Positions 38,951-52,846 of a DNA stretch of 64,000 nucleotides are shown in pieces. The stretch spans positions 1 to 64,000 of the forward strand of contig NW_014569542.1 of assembly GCF_000743755.1 (NCBI RefSeq), in the 5' to 3' direction. The DNA comes from Blastocystis sp. subtype 4. Taxonomy: Eukaryota. The notes beneath the pieces were generated by a model. The model saw only the letters and a list, made by a program, of their open reading frames with translations. It was not told where the DNA came from and ran no database searches. Numbering within the stretch: position 1 is the first letter of the stretch; each line of letters begins with the position of its first letter. A program made the position numbers and the translations under genes.

Positions 38951-41900
38951 ATGGGACAAGGTGAATCTGTTCCTGCACAGAGTTACAAAGCTCTTGTTCA
39001 AGAATACAAGAAACTTCAATTAACCTATGATGAGGTTGAAGATGAACTAAACGATCTATATACCGACTATGATGCTACAAGAGCTGCACTTATGAATAAA
39101 CATCGCAGTATGAGCGAATTAGGAGTTTGGAGTATGGCTGGTCTCTCATGATGTAGAGCAAGTTTGATCGAGATGATCGAGTCATGAATGGTAATAGGAT
39201 GACCTGCATGTTTGATCCGTAGAGATGACGGAGGAAGATGCGAAGGCTTTTTCTGTCAGGTTGATGTACCTGGTTGATTTGTAGGCTCGCACTAAGAAAT
39301 ATGGTAAAGGATCTGAAAATGATATAACCGAGAATTTGGACGTTTTGAAGAAGAGATTAGAAGATGAAAAGAAATGGAGTGTAGGTTTCATAGTGATAAG
39401 GCTAAGTGGTAGCAAGGAGAGCGTGAAAAGTTGGAGCATCTTGTGTCGCAATACAGAAATCATGCTTATGATTCCACTAATGACCCAGAGGAGTTGAAGA
39501 CGCATCTAGTGTTTAACGAGGCTCAGTATTATGTATCTCTTTTTTGAAGTGTTCACTGTAGGCACTTCGTCAGTACGATGATGATTTGATGAATGAGAAA
39601 GAATCTGAGATTGTATCACTTAAGAAGAGTGGTGCAAAGACTGATGACAGCGCTTCTTTGATTGCTGAGAATAGCAACCTTCGTGTAGGTTCGTAGCTGG
39701 AAGATGATTTGCAGAGACAATTAGAGGAAGAACGTCGTAAGTATGATGTGATGGAGAATGGCTACAGAGCTGTCAAACAGTACTTAGAAGATGGAAGTGG
39801 TTTTGGTGGGTCGAAGGATCTGCAGAATGAAGTAGAACGTGTAGATGGTAATGGAATGAAATGATTTCTAGTTGAAGGCAGAGCTGAAAGCAACTGAGAG
39901 TGATCGTGAGTACTATCAGATGATTGCCAATGACTATAATTCTCTTCAGGAGGAGTTCCAGAAGCAGCGTCTTCAATTAGGAATCTTGAGCTCTCAAGCG
40001 AAAGAAGGAACTGCCGAGTCGGCTCGTCAGACTGTTATCCTTGAGGATGAGTTGGAAGCAAGAAAGAAGGAGAAGGAGCGCATGGAGGCGGAAATGAACA
40101 GTGAATTGAAGAGCTATCGAGAGATGGCAAAGCAATGCATTCTAGCAGCGCAGCAGAAGAATGAGAAGCTTCAAGAGGAGAATGATCAGATGCGTGAGGA
40201 GTTGCGTGCCTATAACATGGATGTTGATGTGGATAATATTACTCCTGAGCAGCAGGCAGTTGTGCGTGTGGCATTGCAGAAGCAAGCGAAGGTATATCGT
40301 CAGCGTGAGGAGGATCTGCAGAAGCGTATATTGGAGTTGGAAGAGCAACTTACGGATCCTATTGATGTCTCTGCTGCTATTAACGAGGCTGTTCGTGAGA
40401 TTGTGGGACGTGCTGCCGATATCCAGACTCGATTGAAGGCAGAGAATGCTGCTCTACGTAAGCGAATCCGAGAATTGGAGCCTATGGATGCTGATGATGA
40501 CTTTGAGAATATTGAAGATATCGTGAAGGCAATCGTGGAAGGCCCGAATCCAGAACTTGAGGAGTTGCTTGAACAAGTGGAGATGTTGTACTCACGACCT
40601 GATGTAACAGCAGAATTGAAGGAGCGTTGCTCGGATCTGTTGGTAATGAACAAGCAGTTGCGTGAGGAGTTGGATGAGCGTGATCTTGATATTGAGAAAC
40701 TTGATACACAAGCTATTGAGCTATCGAAGCATTGTGGTGCTATGGGAGGTCTTTTGGAGAAGTATGCTGGAATGTGTGGTGTATCGGAGGAGGAGCTTAA
40801 GTATCTCCTTATTGAACTGGGTCGTGATGAAGGTGAGGAAGTGGAGGTGCTAAATGAGAGCAATTATGTGTTTGATGCTCGTATGAAGGGCATTGTTCAT
40901 AATGCTATTGATCGTCCACCAGCCGTCCTTCAGGTTACTCCTGAGAAGTCAGAATTGCGTCGTTTGATGGAAACCACTAGCGAAATGAGCTATAGAGACA
41001 AGTGTAATATGAAGAAGTTGTCTTTCGAGAATAAGCGTATGAAACAGATTCTGGAGGAGCACGGCTGGGACAATACGGGTCTCAGCTCATTCGAGATGAT
41101 GGAATTGGATCAGCTGCATGATGAGCTCTGGAGTGACCGATCTGAGTTGCTGAATGAGATCCAGGAGCTGCGTGTTATGAATGCAAATCTGCAGGATCAA
41201 CTCAATCATTTGCCCACAGAAGCTCGTCTGTATCGTGAGAGTGTAATGAAGGCCATCAGTATGGATCAGGATGATGATTTGCCCATGGAGACTTCACGAA
41301 AGACATTTGTTCCTGACCTGGAGCGTCGGAACCGTGAGTTAGCGAAGCGTCTCGAGGATACGAAGAAGGAGTTGCACGATGCTAATGAGGAGTTGAAGAA
41401 GCTCTGTGAATCGATGAAGATGGTTGGAGGAGGTGATAAGGGTATGGAAGAGTTGTCTCGTATGGTCCAGGACCTGAATGCGATGAAGGAGAAACTGGAG
41501 AAGGAGAATAAGGCAAAGGAAAAGAAGATTGCGGATGTGCGTGCGGAGGTGGTGGAGAAGAAGCGTCAGCTTGAGGATAAGAAGCAGGAGGCGCAGATCT
41601 ATCATGAGTTAGCAGAGAAGCGTAAGATGGATTGTGAGGAGGCACGTGAAAAAGTGGAAGAAAAGGAGAATGAGATTGAGCGACTTCGTCAAGAGTTAGA
41701 GAATAAGGAGAAACAATTGAAGGAAGTGGAGCATAAGGAGATTATATCAGATAGTTCTGACAGTGAGGTGGAAGAGATGGAAGATTTGAAGAAACAACTG
41801 GAGCAGAAGGAGAATGAATTGAAGGAGCTGCGTGAGAAATTGGATGAGGCTACATCGGCTGCAACCAGCAGCGAGGAACTCCTCCAGAAGTTGGATGAAG

Positions 41901-44860
41901 TAAAGGAGGAGAACAAGAAGTTGAAGGCAGAGCTGGAGGAGTTGAGAGCGAGATTAGAGGAGCTGGAGGAGGATAATAAGAAACTGAAGAAGGATATGGC
42001 ATTGAAGGAGAGTATGCGCGTGATTGTTGATAATGATGCCGAATCTAAGGAGAAGAAGATAAAGGAGGCTGAGGACAAGCGAGAAGAAGCTGAAAAGCGA
42101 GTGACTGAGCTGGAGAAGGAAGTGAAAGACTTGAAGAAGGAGTTGAAGAAGGCCGCGAAGGCTTCTGTGGCTGCAGCAGCTGTAGCCGAAGTAGGCAAGA
42201 ATGATAAGTTGGAAGAGGAGCTGAAGGCGAAGGAGAAGGAACTTGAGGAGGAGAAGGAGAAGAAGAAACAGGCGGAACAGGAGATGGAGGAGGCCAAGAA
42301 GGAGAAGGAAGAGATTGAGGAGAAGAAGAAGGAATTGGAGAAGGAATTGGAAGCGATGAAGAAGGAATTGGAGGAGAATAACAAGGAGGCTGCTGTTGCA
42401 GCTGCCACTGCTGCTTCTCTTGCTGCTACGAATGCCGAGAGTTTGCAGAAGGAGTTGGAGGAGAAGAAGAAGGAATTGGAGGAGATGAAGGAAGCCAAGG
42501 AGACAGTTGAGAAGGAATTAGAAAGTATCAAGAAGCAACTGGAGGAGGCAGAGAAGGCACGAGATGAGATGGCTGCTCGAGAGGAGGAGAGAAAGGAAGT
42601 TGTTGATAACGAGTCGAAGGCTGGAGCGGAGGAGTTGGAGAAGAAGAATGATGAAGTAGCCAATTTGAAGCAGCAGTTGGCAGAGAAGATGGATGAACTG
42701 AAGCGTACTGCCACTCAACTAGAGGAAGCTGAGAAGGAAAAGGAAGAGAAGGAAAAGGAGCTGGAGGTGTCAGAGGAGCAGAGGAAGGAGGCCGAGCAGA
42801 AATTGGAGGAGCAAAAGAAGGAAGCAGAGAACGCTCTTGCTGCTGCCATGGCTGAAGCTGATAAGAAGATTGCTGATATTCAGAAGGAATTGGATGAAAT
42901 GAAGGAGAAAGTGAAGAAGGCTGAGGAGAAGGCTGAGGGCTTGGAGAAGGAGATGAAGGAGGCGGAAGCCAAGAAGGAGGAAGCTGAAAAGAGAGTTGAA
43001 GAGCTGGAGAAGGAGTTGGAGAAGGCAGGTGATGTGGATGAATTGAGAAAGGAATTGAATGAGGCGAAGACTGACAAGGAGAAGGCGGAGAAGGAAGCTG
43101 CTGTAGCTGTAGCTGCTGCCGCCGCTGCTGCGAAGGAGTTGAGTGATGCCAAGAGTGAGAAGGAAGAGGCTGAGAAGAAGGCGGAGGAGGCCGAAAAGAA
43201 GATCGAGGAGGCTGAGAAGAGGGCAGAGGAGGCTGAGAAGAAGATCGAGGAGGCTGAAAAGGCAAAGGAAGAGGCTGAGAAGGAGAAGGAAGAATTGGAG
43301 AAGAAGATCGAAGAGCTTGAGAAGAAGATAGCAGATGCTGAGAAGGGAGAAGAAGATGCTTCGTTGAAGGCAGAACTTGAAGAAGCCAAGAAGGAAGCAG
43401 AAAAGGCAAAGGAGGAAGTGGAATCTCTGAAGAATGATCTGGAATCGAGAACGGCGGATTTGGAAAGTGTGCGTAGCGAGATGACAAAGAAGGAGGAGGA
43501 ATTAGCTAAGATGAGCGAGGAAATGGAGAAGTTGAAGGAGGGAGAGGAAGAAGTGAAGAAGGAATTGGAGGAGACAAAGGCTGAGAAGGAAGAGGCCAAG
43601 GCGAATCTGGAGAAGGCTGAGGCTGAACTAGAAGAGTTGAAGAAGGAACTGGAGACATCAAAGAAACAGACTGATGATCTGTTGAGAGATGCTGAAGAGA
43701 AGAAGAACGAATTGGTGAAGGCTCATGCTGACAAGGAGGAGTTGGAGAAGAAGGCTGCTGCTGCCGCTGCTGAGTCTGCTGCAGCTCTCGCAGCTGCGGA
43801 GAAGAAGGCCTCGGAGAATGCGGAGGCTGCCAAGCGTGTGGAGGAGCTGGAGAAGGAGGTTGAGAAGAGTCGAGAGACGGTTGCAGACCAGCAGAAGCAA
43901 GTCGAGGACCTGACACGTCAGCTGGCAGAGGCGGAAGCTGCGAAGACTGCTGATGAAGAGTTGGAGCGAATGAAGAAGGAACTGGAGGAGGCACAGAAGA
44001 AGATGGAGGAAGCACAGAATGAGTTGGAAGAGGCAAAGGAAGCGAAGGAAGATGCTGAGCGCAAGCAGCGTGATACGGAGAATGAGCTGAAGGAGATGGA
44101 GGAGAAGATAGAAGAGATGGAGAAGAAGGTGGACGAGAAAGAGAAGGCTGTGGCTGAAGCCGAAGAGAAGGAGAAGTCCTTGACAGAGGAATTGTCGGTC
44201 GCCAAGGATCTGGCAGAACAGAGTAAGAAGGAGTTGGAGGAGACGAAGAAGACAATGGAAGCTGAGATTGCTCAGTTGAAGGAGGATGTGGCGGCGAAGG
44301 AGAAGGAGTTGGAAGCGTTGAAGGAGGAGTTGGAGCAGGCTAAGAATAGCAAGCCGGAGGAAAAGGAACCTGAGGCCACCCCAGCAAATCCTGAACGTAT
44401 TGCAGAGTTGGAGAAGGAGTTAGAGGAGAAGAAGGCTCGTATTGCTGAGCTGGAGGCCTCACTGAAGGACAGTAATCGTGTGGTGTACATGGAGGATGAT
44501 GAAGTGAAAGAGATGAGCCGCGATTATGAGGAGCGTATCAAGGCTCTCGATGAGGCTTTGAAGCAGAATGGATCGAAACAATTGATGCAGAAGCGAATGT
44601 TGGCTGAGATGCAGAAGACAAAGAAGACAGAAGAGGCTTTGCAGAGTATGCGTATGAAGAGCAAGGAGAATACGTTCATGATTAATAAGAAGGATAAGGA
44701 GCTGAAGGATTTGAATGATAAGATGAAGGCTATGGATCGTGAGCATCAGCATGCTGTGAACGAGTTGAAGGAGAAGCATAATGCCGAAGTAGATGAATTG
44801 CAGAGAAAGATCACTGAACTGCAGTCTACTATCGCTTCGTTGAAGGAAACTACTATGTAA
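38951..44860 (+). CDS. Giant Glu/Lys-rich coiled-coil protein (myosin-tail-like, no motor domain seen)
   Basis: Short 5' exons from MGQGESVPAQ plus a ~5-kb exon (1662-aa ORF) of heptad-type E/K/A sequence; TAA 44858-44860. Confidence 0.85.
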
Positions 44861-44862
44861 CC

Positions 44863-44870
44863 TGTTTGTT
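44863..44870 (+). terminator. TGTTTGTT downstream polyadenylation element (coiled-coil gene)
   Basis: Exact motif; predicted cleavage falls inside TAA (T|AA). Confidence 0.8.
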
Positions 44871-44906
44871 GAAAAGGAAGTTGTGAGGAAGTCAATAGTT
44901 TCTTCG

Positions 44907-47900
44907 ATGGGAGCTGCTGAGAGTAGTCAATGTGCTAACTATGATATTTTTCAAAAGGACGGTTCATTCGTTTCTCCTTTTGATTGGGAACTGCATCATG
45001 CCAAGAGCAAGACGGATGGAACCATAGTATCAATTTTCAGGACTTCTGTGAAGGGTGCAACATCTTCGAATGCGTATTCGTTTCAAATCTGGTATTGATG
45101 CGTAGTTTGAAGAGAATTCGAATGTTTCGCCATCCAAGTATTCTAAAATATATTGAAGGAGATGAATCTGAGAATGGAGTGTTTTATGTATGTTTGTATG
45201 CAGGGATGCAGTTTATCTGTATAGGCGACAGAATTGGCTATTCCACTTTCAGAATGGCTAGATTATGCAAAGGGAAAGAGTCAGAGGAGTGAAACAGATC
45301 CTCTTTATTCGTATCTTCCAAACAAGTTGGACAAGTACATATCTTTCTCTTTTCATCATTATAGTGATCAGCTAGTTTCATGGTGTATGTGGGGTTTGGC
45401 AGGAATTCTGAAAGCATTGAAGTTTGTTAATGAGGATGCAAAGCAAGTTCATGGATGTCTTCATCCGTCAAGTATCTTTGTAACACAAGTAGATCATTCA
45501 TGAGATGTTTAATAAGTAGTCTGGCTCCTGGAAGCTTGGAGGGTTTGATCTTACATATGAATTCAAATCAAAGGAAGAACCACCATTTTACTATTGGTTT
45601 GAACACAATATTGATGTGATTGATAGTGACAAACAGAAATTGCTTCCATCTGAGTATTGCAGTCCTGAGCGTGTGAAGAGTAATTATTCTTTGATTTCTG
45701 ATTGTGTTGTCTGGAGCCAGGATATGTACAGTTTCGGTCAGTAGGTATTTCTTCAGATTTCAATCTAGATTGATGGATTGTGTATTTTCTGGTCTAAAGA
45801 TCCCAGAGCAATTATCCAATTACGCTCTTAAGTGTAAATCGGCTCCTTTGGGTCGACCTGCTCCAAGTCGTCTTCTTAGTGTCTTTAGCAAGCATCCACT
45901 TGTGAAGTACTTCCATGAGTCACTGCCTAATGATCAGATCTTTGAACTTCTTAGAGGAGAAGGCTATTAAAGATCCTATTCAGAAAGAAACCTTTTTCAA
46001 TCAGCTTAACTCGAGTCTCGCTAAGTTCCCATCAGCTATTACAGTTGAATACATTCTTCCATTGTTGATGGATGAATTAGTTCATGGTCAGACGGAATTT
46101 GCTCCAATTGTTCTTCCATCTGTTATCATTATTGGAAGCAATCTTCCAGCAGAACGATTTGCGTAATGAATGAGTATCCCATTAACGTTAAGGAAAGAAA
46201 TCTCACCTTTGATAACCCAGCTGTTCAGTCGTCGTGATCGAGCAACACGTCTTCAACTCCTTAAGAATCTAGATAGTTACATTCAACATATTGATAAGCG
46301 TGTGATCAATTCTGATATCTTCCCTCAAGTTATCAATGGATTTGGAGATACTTCAGCCAATATGCGTGAAGCTACCATTCGAACGATGATTCCTCTTGTT
46401 CCCTATCTAAACAGTACTTCTCAAGAGAAGATGCTTCGATCGTTAGCATCTCTACAAGATGACCCTTTACCTGCAATTCGAACGAATGTTCTTGTCTGTC
46501 TGAATAAGATCATGACTGATCTTGATCCTGTTGTTCGCCGTCAAGTGATCCTTAATTATCAAGTTAATGAATAGTTGGCATTTCCTTGTATTGGAAGAGG
46601 AATGAAGGATCCTTTCCCGAAGGCCCGTATTCAATCACTTAAAACGATCAAGAATACACAACATTACTTTGATGACGGAGTAAGAATATGATCCCATTCT
46701 GATGGTAGTTATTGGCTCGTCGAATTCTTCCTTCGTTATGTCCACTACTGTGGGATGTTGAACCAACTGTGCGTGATTCTGCCTTTGATGTGGTCCAATC
46801 ACTTCTTAATCGCATTTTTGCGGGACATCAAGAATGGACGAAGACTGGAGTAGAACCCAAAGCTCCTGTGAATCCACCAAAACAGCCCACATCCGTAATT
46901 GGAGTTACTGGGAGTTATGTTAGTTCAGCCATCAATTGGGTCTCAGGATCACTTCTCAGCAAAAATGATGCTGCTACTACCAAGCCTGTAGAAGACAAGA
47001 ATGAACCTCCAAAGGCTGTTAGCAGCAGTAATGTGAATCGTGTATTGCCACCAACAGCCAATATGGAGCTTTCGATGGAAGAATTGGAAGGATTAGGGAA
47101 ACCTAGTGAGAAGGAGTCTCTACAACGAACAGAAAGTCAAAAGGATGAGGATATGTGGGGTGAATCAACTCCTGCAGCTACAAACTCAACAGATTGGAAC
47201 TCAGGATGGGCTGAAGAATCAGAAACAACAGAAACGAAGAAGGATCCGTTGATGAGTATGGGAGGCTGGGATGATACCAATCTGACATTCAGCGATGACA
47301 ATGAAGAGGAGAAGAAGGAGGATGCCAATCTAGAGATGATTCGACGAATGGCAAAGAAGGAAGAGCCTGCTCCAGTGAAGGATTCATCCAGTACGAAGCC
47401 CGGAATGACATTACGAGGTAGGAGTGAAGATAAGATATGATTTAGCTCCCAAACCTGTGAAGGCAACTCCAATGGATCTAGATGATTGGGCTCAGACACT
47501 AACAAAAGAAGCAACAGCGAGTGCTCCGAGAACATCTCGTCGTTCAAACAATCGTCAGGCCAAAGCAGTAAAGAATGAAGTAGATGTGATGTCCCTTCTG
47601 GATGATGATCCGAAACCTTCAAAGACGAATGGATGGGATGAGGATAACTTGTTTGAGGAGAAGAAGAAACCTGTTGCCTCTTCCGGGTGGGATGATGACT
47701 GGAATGAGAGGCCAAAGAAGGAAGTGAAGAAAAGTGGTTGGGACGATGATTGGGATGAGAAACCGAAAGCGAATGTATCGAATTGGGATGATGACTGGAA
47801 TGAGAAACCAAAAGAGACAAAGAAGGCTACATCTGGCTGGGATGATGATTGGAATGAAAAACCGAAGGAGACGAAATCCAAAGCAGTTGTGTCAGGTTGG

Positions 47901-48116
47901 GACGATGACTGGAATGAGAAACCAAAAGAGACAAAGAAGGCTACATCTGGTTGGGATGATGATTGGAATGAAAAACCAAAAGAAACGAAATCTAAGAGAA
48001 GTTCAGGTTGGGACGATGATTGGAATGAGAAGCCAAAGAAAACATCTGGATGGAGTGATGATTTCTCAAACTCAACAACAAGTAAACGAAATGATGGTTG
48101 GGATGATGATTGGTAA
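44907..48116 (+). CDS. SCY1-like pseudokinase (SCYL/CEX1 family) with HEAT repeats and C-terminal WDDDW repeats
   Basis: LKRIRMFRHPSILKY, VHGCLHPSSIFV, SWKLGGFDL (no HRD); HEAT region DRATRLQLL...GFGDTSANMREATI...AIRTNVLVCL; MGAAES possible myristoylation start. Confidence 0.88.
47685..48113 (+). repeat. Coding repeat array (S)GWDDDWNEKPKE
   Basis: Eight WDDDW copies plus GWSDDF, including a ~114-bp near-exact duplication. Confidence 0.9.
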
Positions 48117-48159
48117 GAATAGTGTGAGTATTTGTAGTATTTTTGTTCATGAAACAGTA

Positions 48160-50646
48160 TTATGCAAAGAGAGTTAAAAACTCTTGTCTCACTTCATCTG
48201 TGATTAAGTTCAGCGAAAGTACAGCATCTCGAATCGAAAACCATTCGCTACCAAAAAGACTTGCTTCCGCACACCACACTACAAATCAAAGAGAAAGAAA
48301 AATGAAACAGATAATATACAATAAAAACAGTCGATATTTGGAATTTAACGAACTATCATCAATTCGTTCGAGAATGCCATTAGCGTTGAGACTCTGAATA
48401 GCATAAGCTCCTCCACGATAAATATATAATAACACAAGACTCTTCCCAGCTATGGTAAACACATCAACATTCTCTTGAGTGAATGCTTCTGTATTTAGTA
48501 TACATTGCAATGCACTGGCTTCGATCTCAGACAGCTTTTCATCCCAATGACCATCTAAACCTACATACCATTCAACCATGTCATGATAAGAATGCAACTC
48601 ATCAGCATGTGTAGTAAATGTGTATCCTATGATGCTGTTAATAATAGTATCATACAAAGACATCTCAGCATAGACATCCTGATCATGTTTCCAAAGTGTA
48701 TAAACAACTTGAAGAGGGAATTCTCCAGCCATTTTAAATATGGCATAGATAGTTTGTTTAAAAGGATCTTCCATATGATTAATCCTGCAGAGATCATAAA
48801 AGATGAGAAGGATCGCAATGAATGGAGGTGAAAATCGTTCTTTTCGAATATTGATGTGTTTTACAAATATCTCTGAATCAAGTTGTTCCTTCAACGAAGG
48901 AAAACACATCTCAGAGAACTGAAATGACTCAAATCGTGTAAGAAGATAATTGAGAAGAGCTGAGAAGAGAGAAGCACGCTGTTCGATGGAAGGAACATCA
49001 TATTCTTTTAGAAGAGATACAGACTGAAGCATGGCCGCATACATAACATTATATACAATTTGAATATTCTCATTCGTGATGTGAGGTCCCAGAGTCAGAT
49101 ACAGATACTCTTCTCTAGGAATGAAAGGAGAATAACAGCTGAACATATTGCTTTTCTGAATGGCCATCATTACAGAACGTTTAAGAGTACTACAATGAAC
49201 AAATGTGATTAGATCTACCTCTCCGTGAACTTTGGCACTGTTGGAGCTTTGGAGGTCTTCTTTGCAATCTCTTGGATACAGTTGCTTGATTCCAGAGTCT
49301 GTAAACTTGCATCAATTCGCCGCCGTTGGACTCTAGGATGAGGAGGAGTTGGTTCATGAGCTAAAGAAGCAGATAGATGAGGTGATTGAAGTATTGTTGC
49401 TAGAAATCACAAAATACAACAGAATGCAACTCGTTTCAGATATAGCTTTGTTACTTACTCTGGATTCATACATAGTATTCATATCTACACATAAACTACA
49501 CTTTCATGTAAGACCTTCTAATAGCTTAGAAACATCCTCCAAACATCGTTCATATAGTTCCTTCTGTGCCTTTAATTCATTGCGCAAACGGAGATTCTCT
49601 AATCTCAGTTCAGAGTATTCCTACAGTGAAAGAAGTTGGAACAATCATACTCGGATTGAAATCTCCTTACTCATATGGAATTTGAATTGTAAGGAAAAGA
49701 GACACAACAAACAAAACTCTATGATACATTAAAACTACCTATAGAATTGTTAGATATATGAAGCAATATAGCCAGAATGAGTTTTCGCAGTCATTCAAGT
49801 CTGTTTACTACAACACTCTAGGAAATCCAAAAATGCATCACCCAACCAGAGAAGTGATGAGAACGATGATTTCCATAATAATGGACATCCACTTACATGT
49901 AATTCTTGAAGAAGCTCAGGATGTCTTGATAACGACTCAAAAGGTCTGAATTCACTGTGTTTAGAAACTGAAAATCCTAGTTGTAAAAAAACCCAGAACA
50001 GACATGCTGTAATAGCAGAAAGAACCACATCACGAATCCTTTTACGATAATCACTCACAAGGATTTCTTCTCCGTATTGCTGAACAAAAGAACTGGAAGG
50101 TGAAAGCGAAGATTTCTGATAGAGTTGAAAGACTAATTCTTCGAAACTCCGAATTCCAGTAGAGATCATACTACATATAAGAGAGAGAAAGAACCTCAAC
50201 CGTTCATCTGGTTGATTCACTAAAATTACTGCCATTCTGATATAAAGAATACAAAATTCAAAGTTACGAAATACTTCTTCCTTAATTTCTTCCGGTATCG
50301 AAAGAATCAACTCACCTACAGTCATCATGGATGCCTATGACTTCAAACCTTTTGCTGACACCAACTTCATCGTGAATATCAAGGATACAACTTAATGCTT
50401 CCACATACTGTCGATTTGTCCAATATCTCGAAAATGACTACAAATAACCTGTCAAGGCTGAGATCACTCGAAGTGTCAGCTTCCGTTGTTGAAGTGTCGA
50501 ATATATGGTTTCACTCATTCAATAACGTTAGATCGATGTATACCCCGCCTGAACAGAGAATACAATAGTTTCTTCTCTTGAAAACGAATAGTTAGTCCAA
50601 AAGTAATGAATAAGCAATGAGCAAAAAACAGGATCTTTTCATCCAT
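48160..50646 (-). CDS. Hypothetical helical protein, multi-exon
   Basis: Minus-strand ORFs 48286-49170 and 49795-50328 linked by short introns; TAA 48162-48160 followed by TGTTTCAT; no family recognised, start uncertain. Confidence 0.5.
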
Positions 50647-50735
50647 GATCAATGACAGAAACCGAGCAAATCATAGGGATCCCCTTTTGCTGCGTCAAAC
50701 CTAATACTTGTCGCTACTCGCAAAAAGCAATAATC

Positions 50736-52812
50736 ATGCCTAACGTTCCCCTAGAAAGAGATATGCTGTTCCGGTCTTTGGGAAAGACCTTCACTGACAA
50801 GGAGTTTGATGAGTTGTGTTTCGAGTTTGGCATTGAACTCGACGAAATCGTTACGGAAACGAGAATGAAGAGAAAACAAGAAGGCAATGAAGAGAGAGAA
50901 GTGGTTGTGTATAAGATTGATGTGCCTGCAAATCGTCATGACCTTCTCTGTTTAGAGGGTATTTCACGTGCCCTGCGTATTTTCATGGGAATGGAATCAA
51001 ATCCTGTAGGTATTTCGTGTTGTTGTTGATCTTTAGGTTTACCGTCAATTAGAGCCTAAGCAAGAAAGGATCAAGATGTACGTGGAGAAAGACACCAGAG
51101 TAACGTTTTCTTTGTTTGAATGAGGATTGTAGTTAGTCCGTCCTTACATTGTGGCTGCAGTTCTCCGGAACATCCACATGAATCACGATGTCTATAACAG
51201 GTGTTGAAGAGGTTTAAAACTGATTGTTAGTTTCCTTGATCTGCAGGATAAGCTCCACTTCAACATCTGTCGTCGTCGTTCTCTTGTCGCAATTGGTACA
51301 CATAACTTGGCTTCCGTCAAGCCTCCATTTTACTACCGTGCTCTTCCTGCTGAGCAGGTCAAGTTCAAGCCTCTGAACCAGACTCGTGAGTTCAACGCAC
51401 GAGAAGTAGCTATGCTGGGTGGGCTTCATAGTTAGTTGATGGACTTCTATCGTGATCCCAAGAACGATTGTAAGCATCTTGCCCCATACACGGATCTGAT
51501 TTATGATGCTCCTGTCGTTCCTATCGTTTGTGATAGTAATGGAACAATTCTGTCTCTTCCTCCTCTGATCAATGGCGAGTACGGAGTTTGAGTCTCTCAT
51601 CAACCATAGTCATAGTAAGATGGATCAGAATACAGAAGATATCTTCATTGAATGCACAGCAAAGGATGTGACTAAGGCCTCGATTGTGTTGAATACCCTC
51701 GTTGCGATGTTCTCACAGTATTGTGATGAACCTTTCACTGCAGAGATGGTGGATGTGGTCTATGAGAAGGATAGTGTGTTCCCTGAGGGTAAGGAGATTA
51801 CATATCCCATCTTTGAGGAGAAACAGTTAACTTGCTCTGTGAGTGACTTATGTTCCACGATTGGTGCTGAGATTCCTATGGAGGCTATTCAACGTGACCT
51901 TCAGAAAATGCAGCTATTCTCTGAGAAGGTTGATGATGATCACATTCGTGTCACTATTCCGATCACACGTAGTGATGTGATTCATGCAGTGGATGTATAT
52001 GGTGAGAGACGAGGAATGGAATGAGTCCTAGAGGATGTGGCTATTGCTTATGGTTACAACAATATTAAGAAGGCCCAACCTCCTACTCTGACCATTGGAA
52101 GAGAACAGCCTGTGAATCAACTGTAGGAATAATGAAGAGATGTGAGTGTAGATCAGATATGCTTCGTCAGCAGGTGGCTATGGCTGGATATACCGAGGTT
52201 TTAACGTTGTCTCTATGTAGCAAGGCTGAGAATTACAGCATGCTTGGTCTGGAGAATGATGGTTTGGCTGTGGCTCTTGCCAATCCAAAAACAATTGAAT
52301 TTGAAGTATGTCGTACTTCTCTGCTTCCGGGTATTCTGAAAACATTCCGTGAGAACAAGCATGTTCCATATGCTAAGGGAGTAAAACTGTTTGAAGTGAG
52401 TGATGTGGTATTGAAGGATTCGACGAATTATGTGGGTGCTCGCAATGAGCGTAGACTGTGTGCTGTGTATATGGGTCAAGCGGCTCAAATTGAGATCATT
52501 CATGGTTTGATGGATCGAATTATGAGGCTTTTGGATGTGTATCCTGCTCCTCAGTATTCAGGAAGTGCAGAGGTGGTTCCTGAAGGTAAGAAGACATACT
52601 ACATTCGTGAGGGAACATATGGAGCATTCTATCCTGGTCGCTGTTGTGATATCATTGTAGTGGATGGTGATAAGGAGATTGTACGTATGAACAGAGGTAA
52701 TGAATTATAGAATGTTGGTCACTTCGGAGTATTGCATCCTAAGGTTATCAAGAACTTCGAGTTACGTTATCCTGGTTCGGCTATTGAGATGAATATTGAA
52801 CATTTCATCTGA
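50736..52812 (+). CDS. FARSB: Phenylalanyl-tRNA synthetase beta subunit (cytosolic)
   Basis: [89 protein letters not shown] 52810-52812. Confidence 0.96.
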
Positions 52813-52846
52813 GGGATTCATTTGTTTGTTGATAAAGAAACAGTGA

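Noticed and set aside
41689..44779. Long Ser/Phe- and Pro/Ser-rich minus-strand ORFs
   Set aside because: Antisense of GAG/AAG-rich coiled-coil coding sequence
47685..48113. Regularly spaced repeats resembling a CRISPR array
   Set aside because: In-frame coding repeats with synonymous variation and related spacers in a eukaryotic gene; no cas genes
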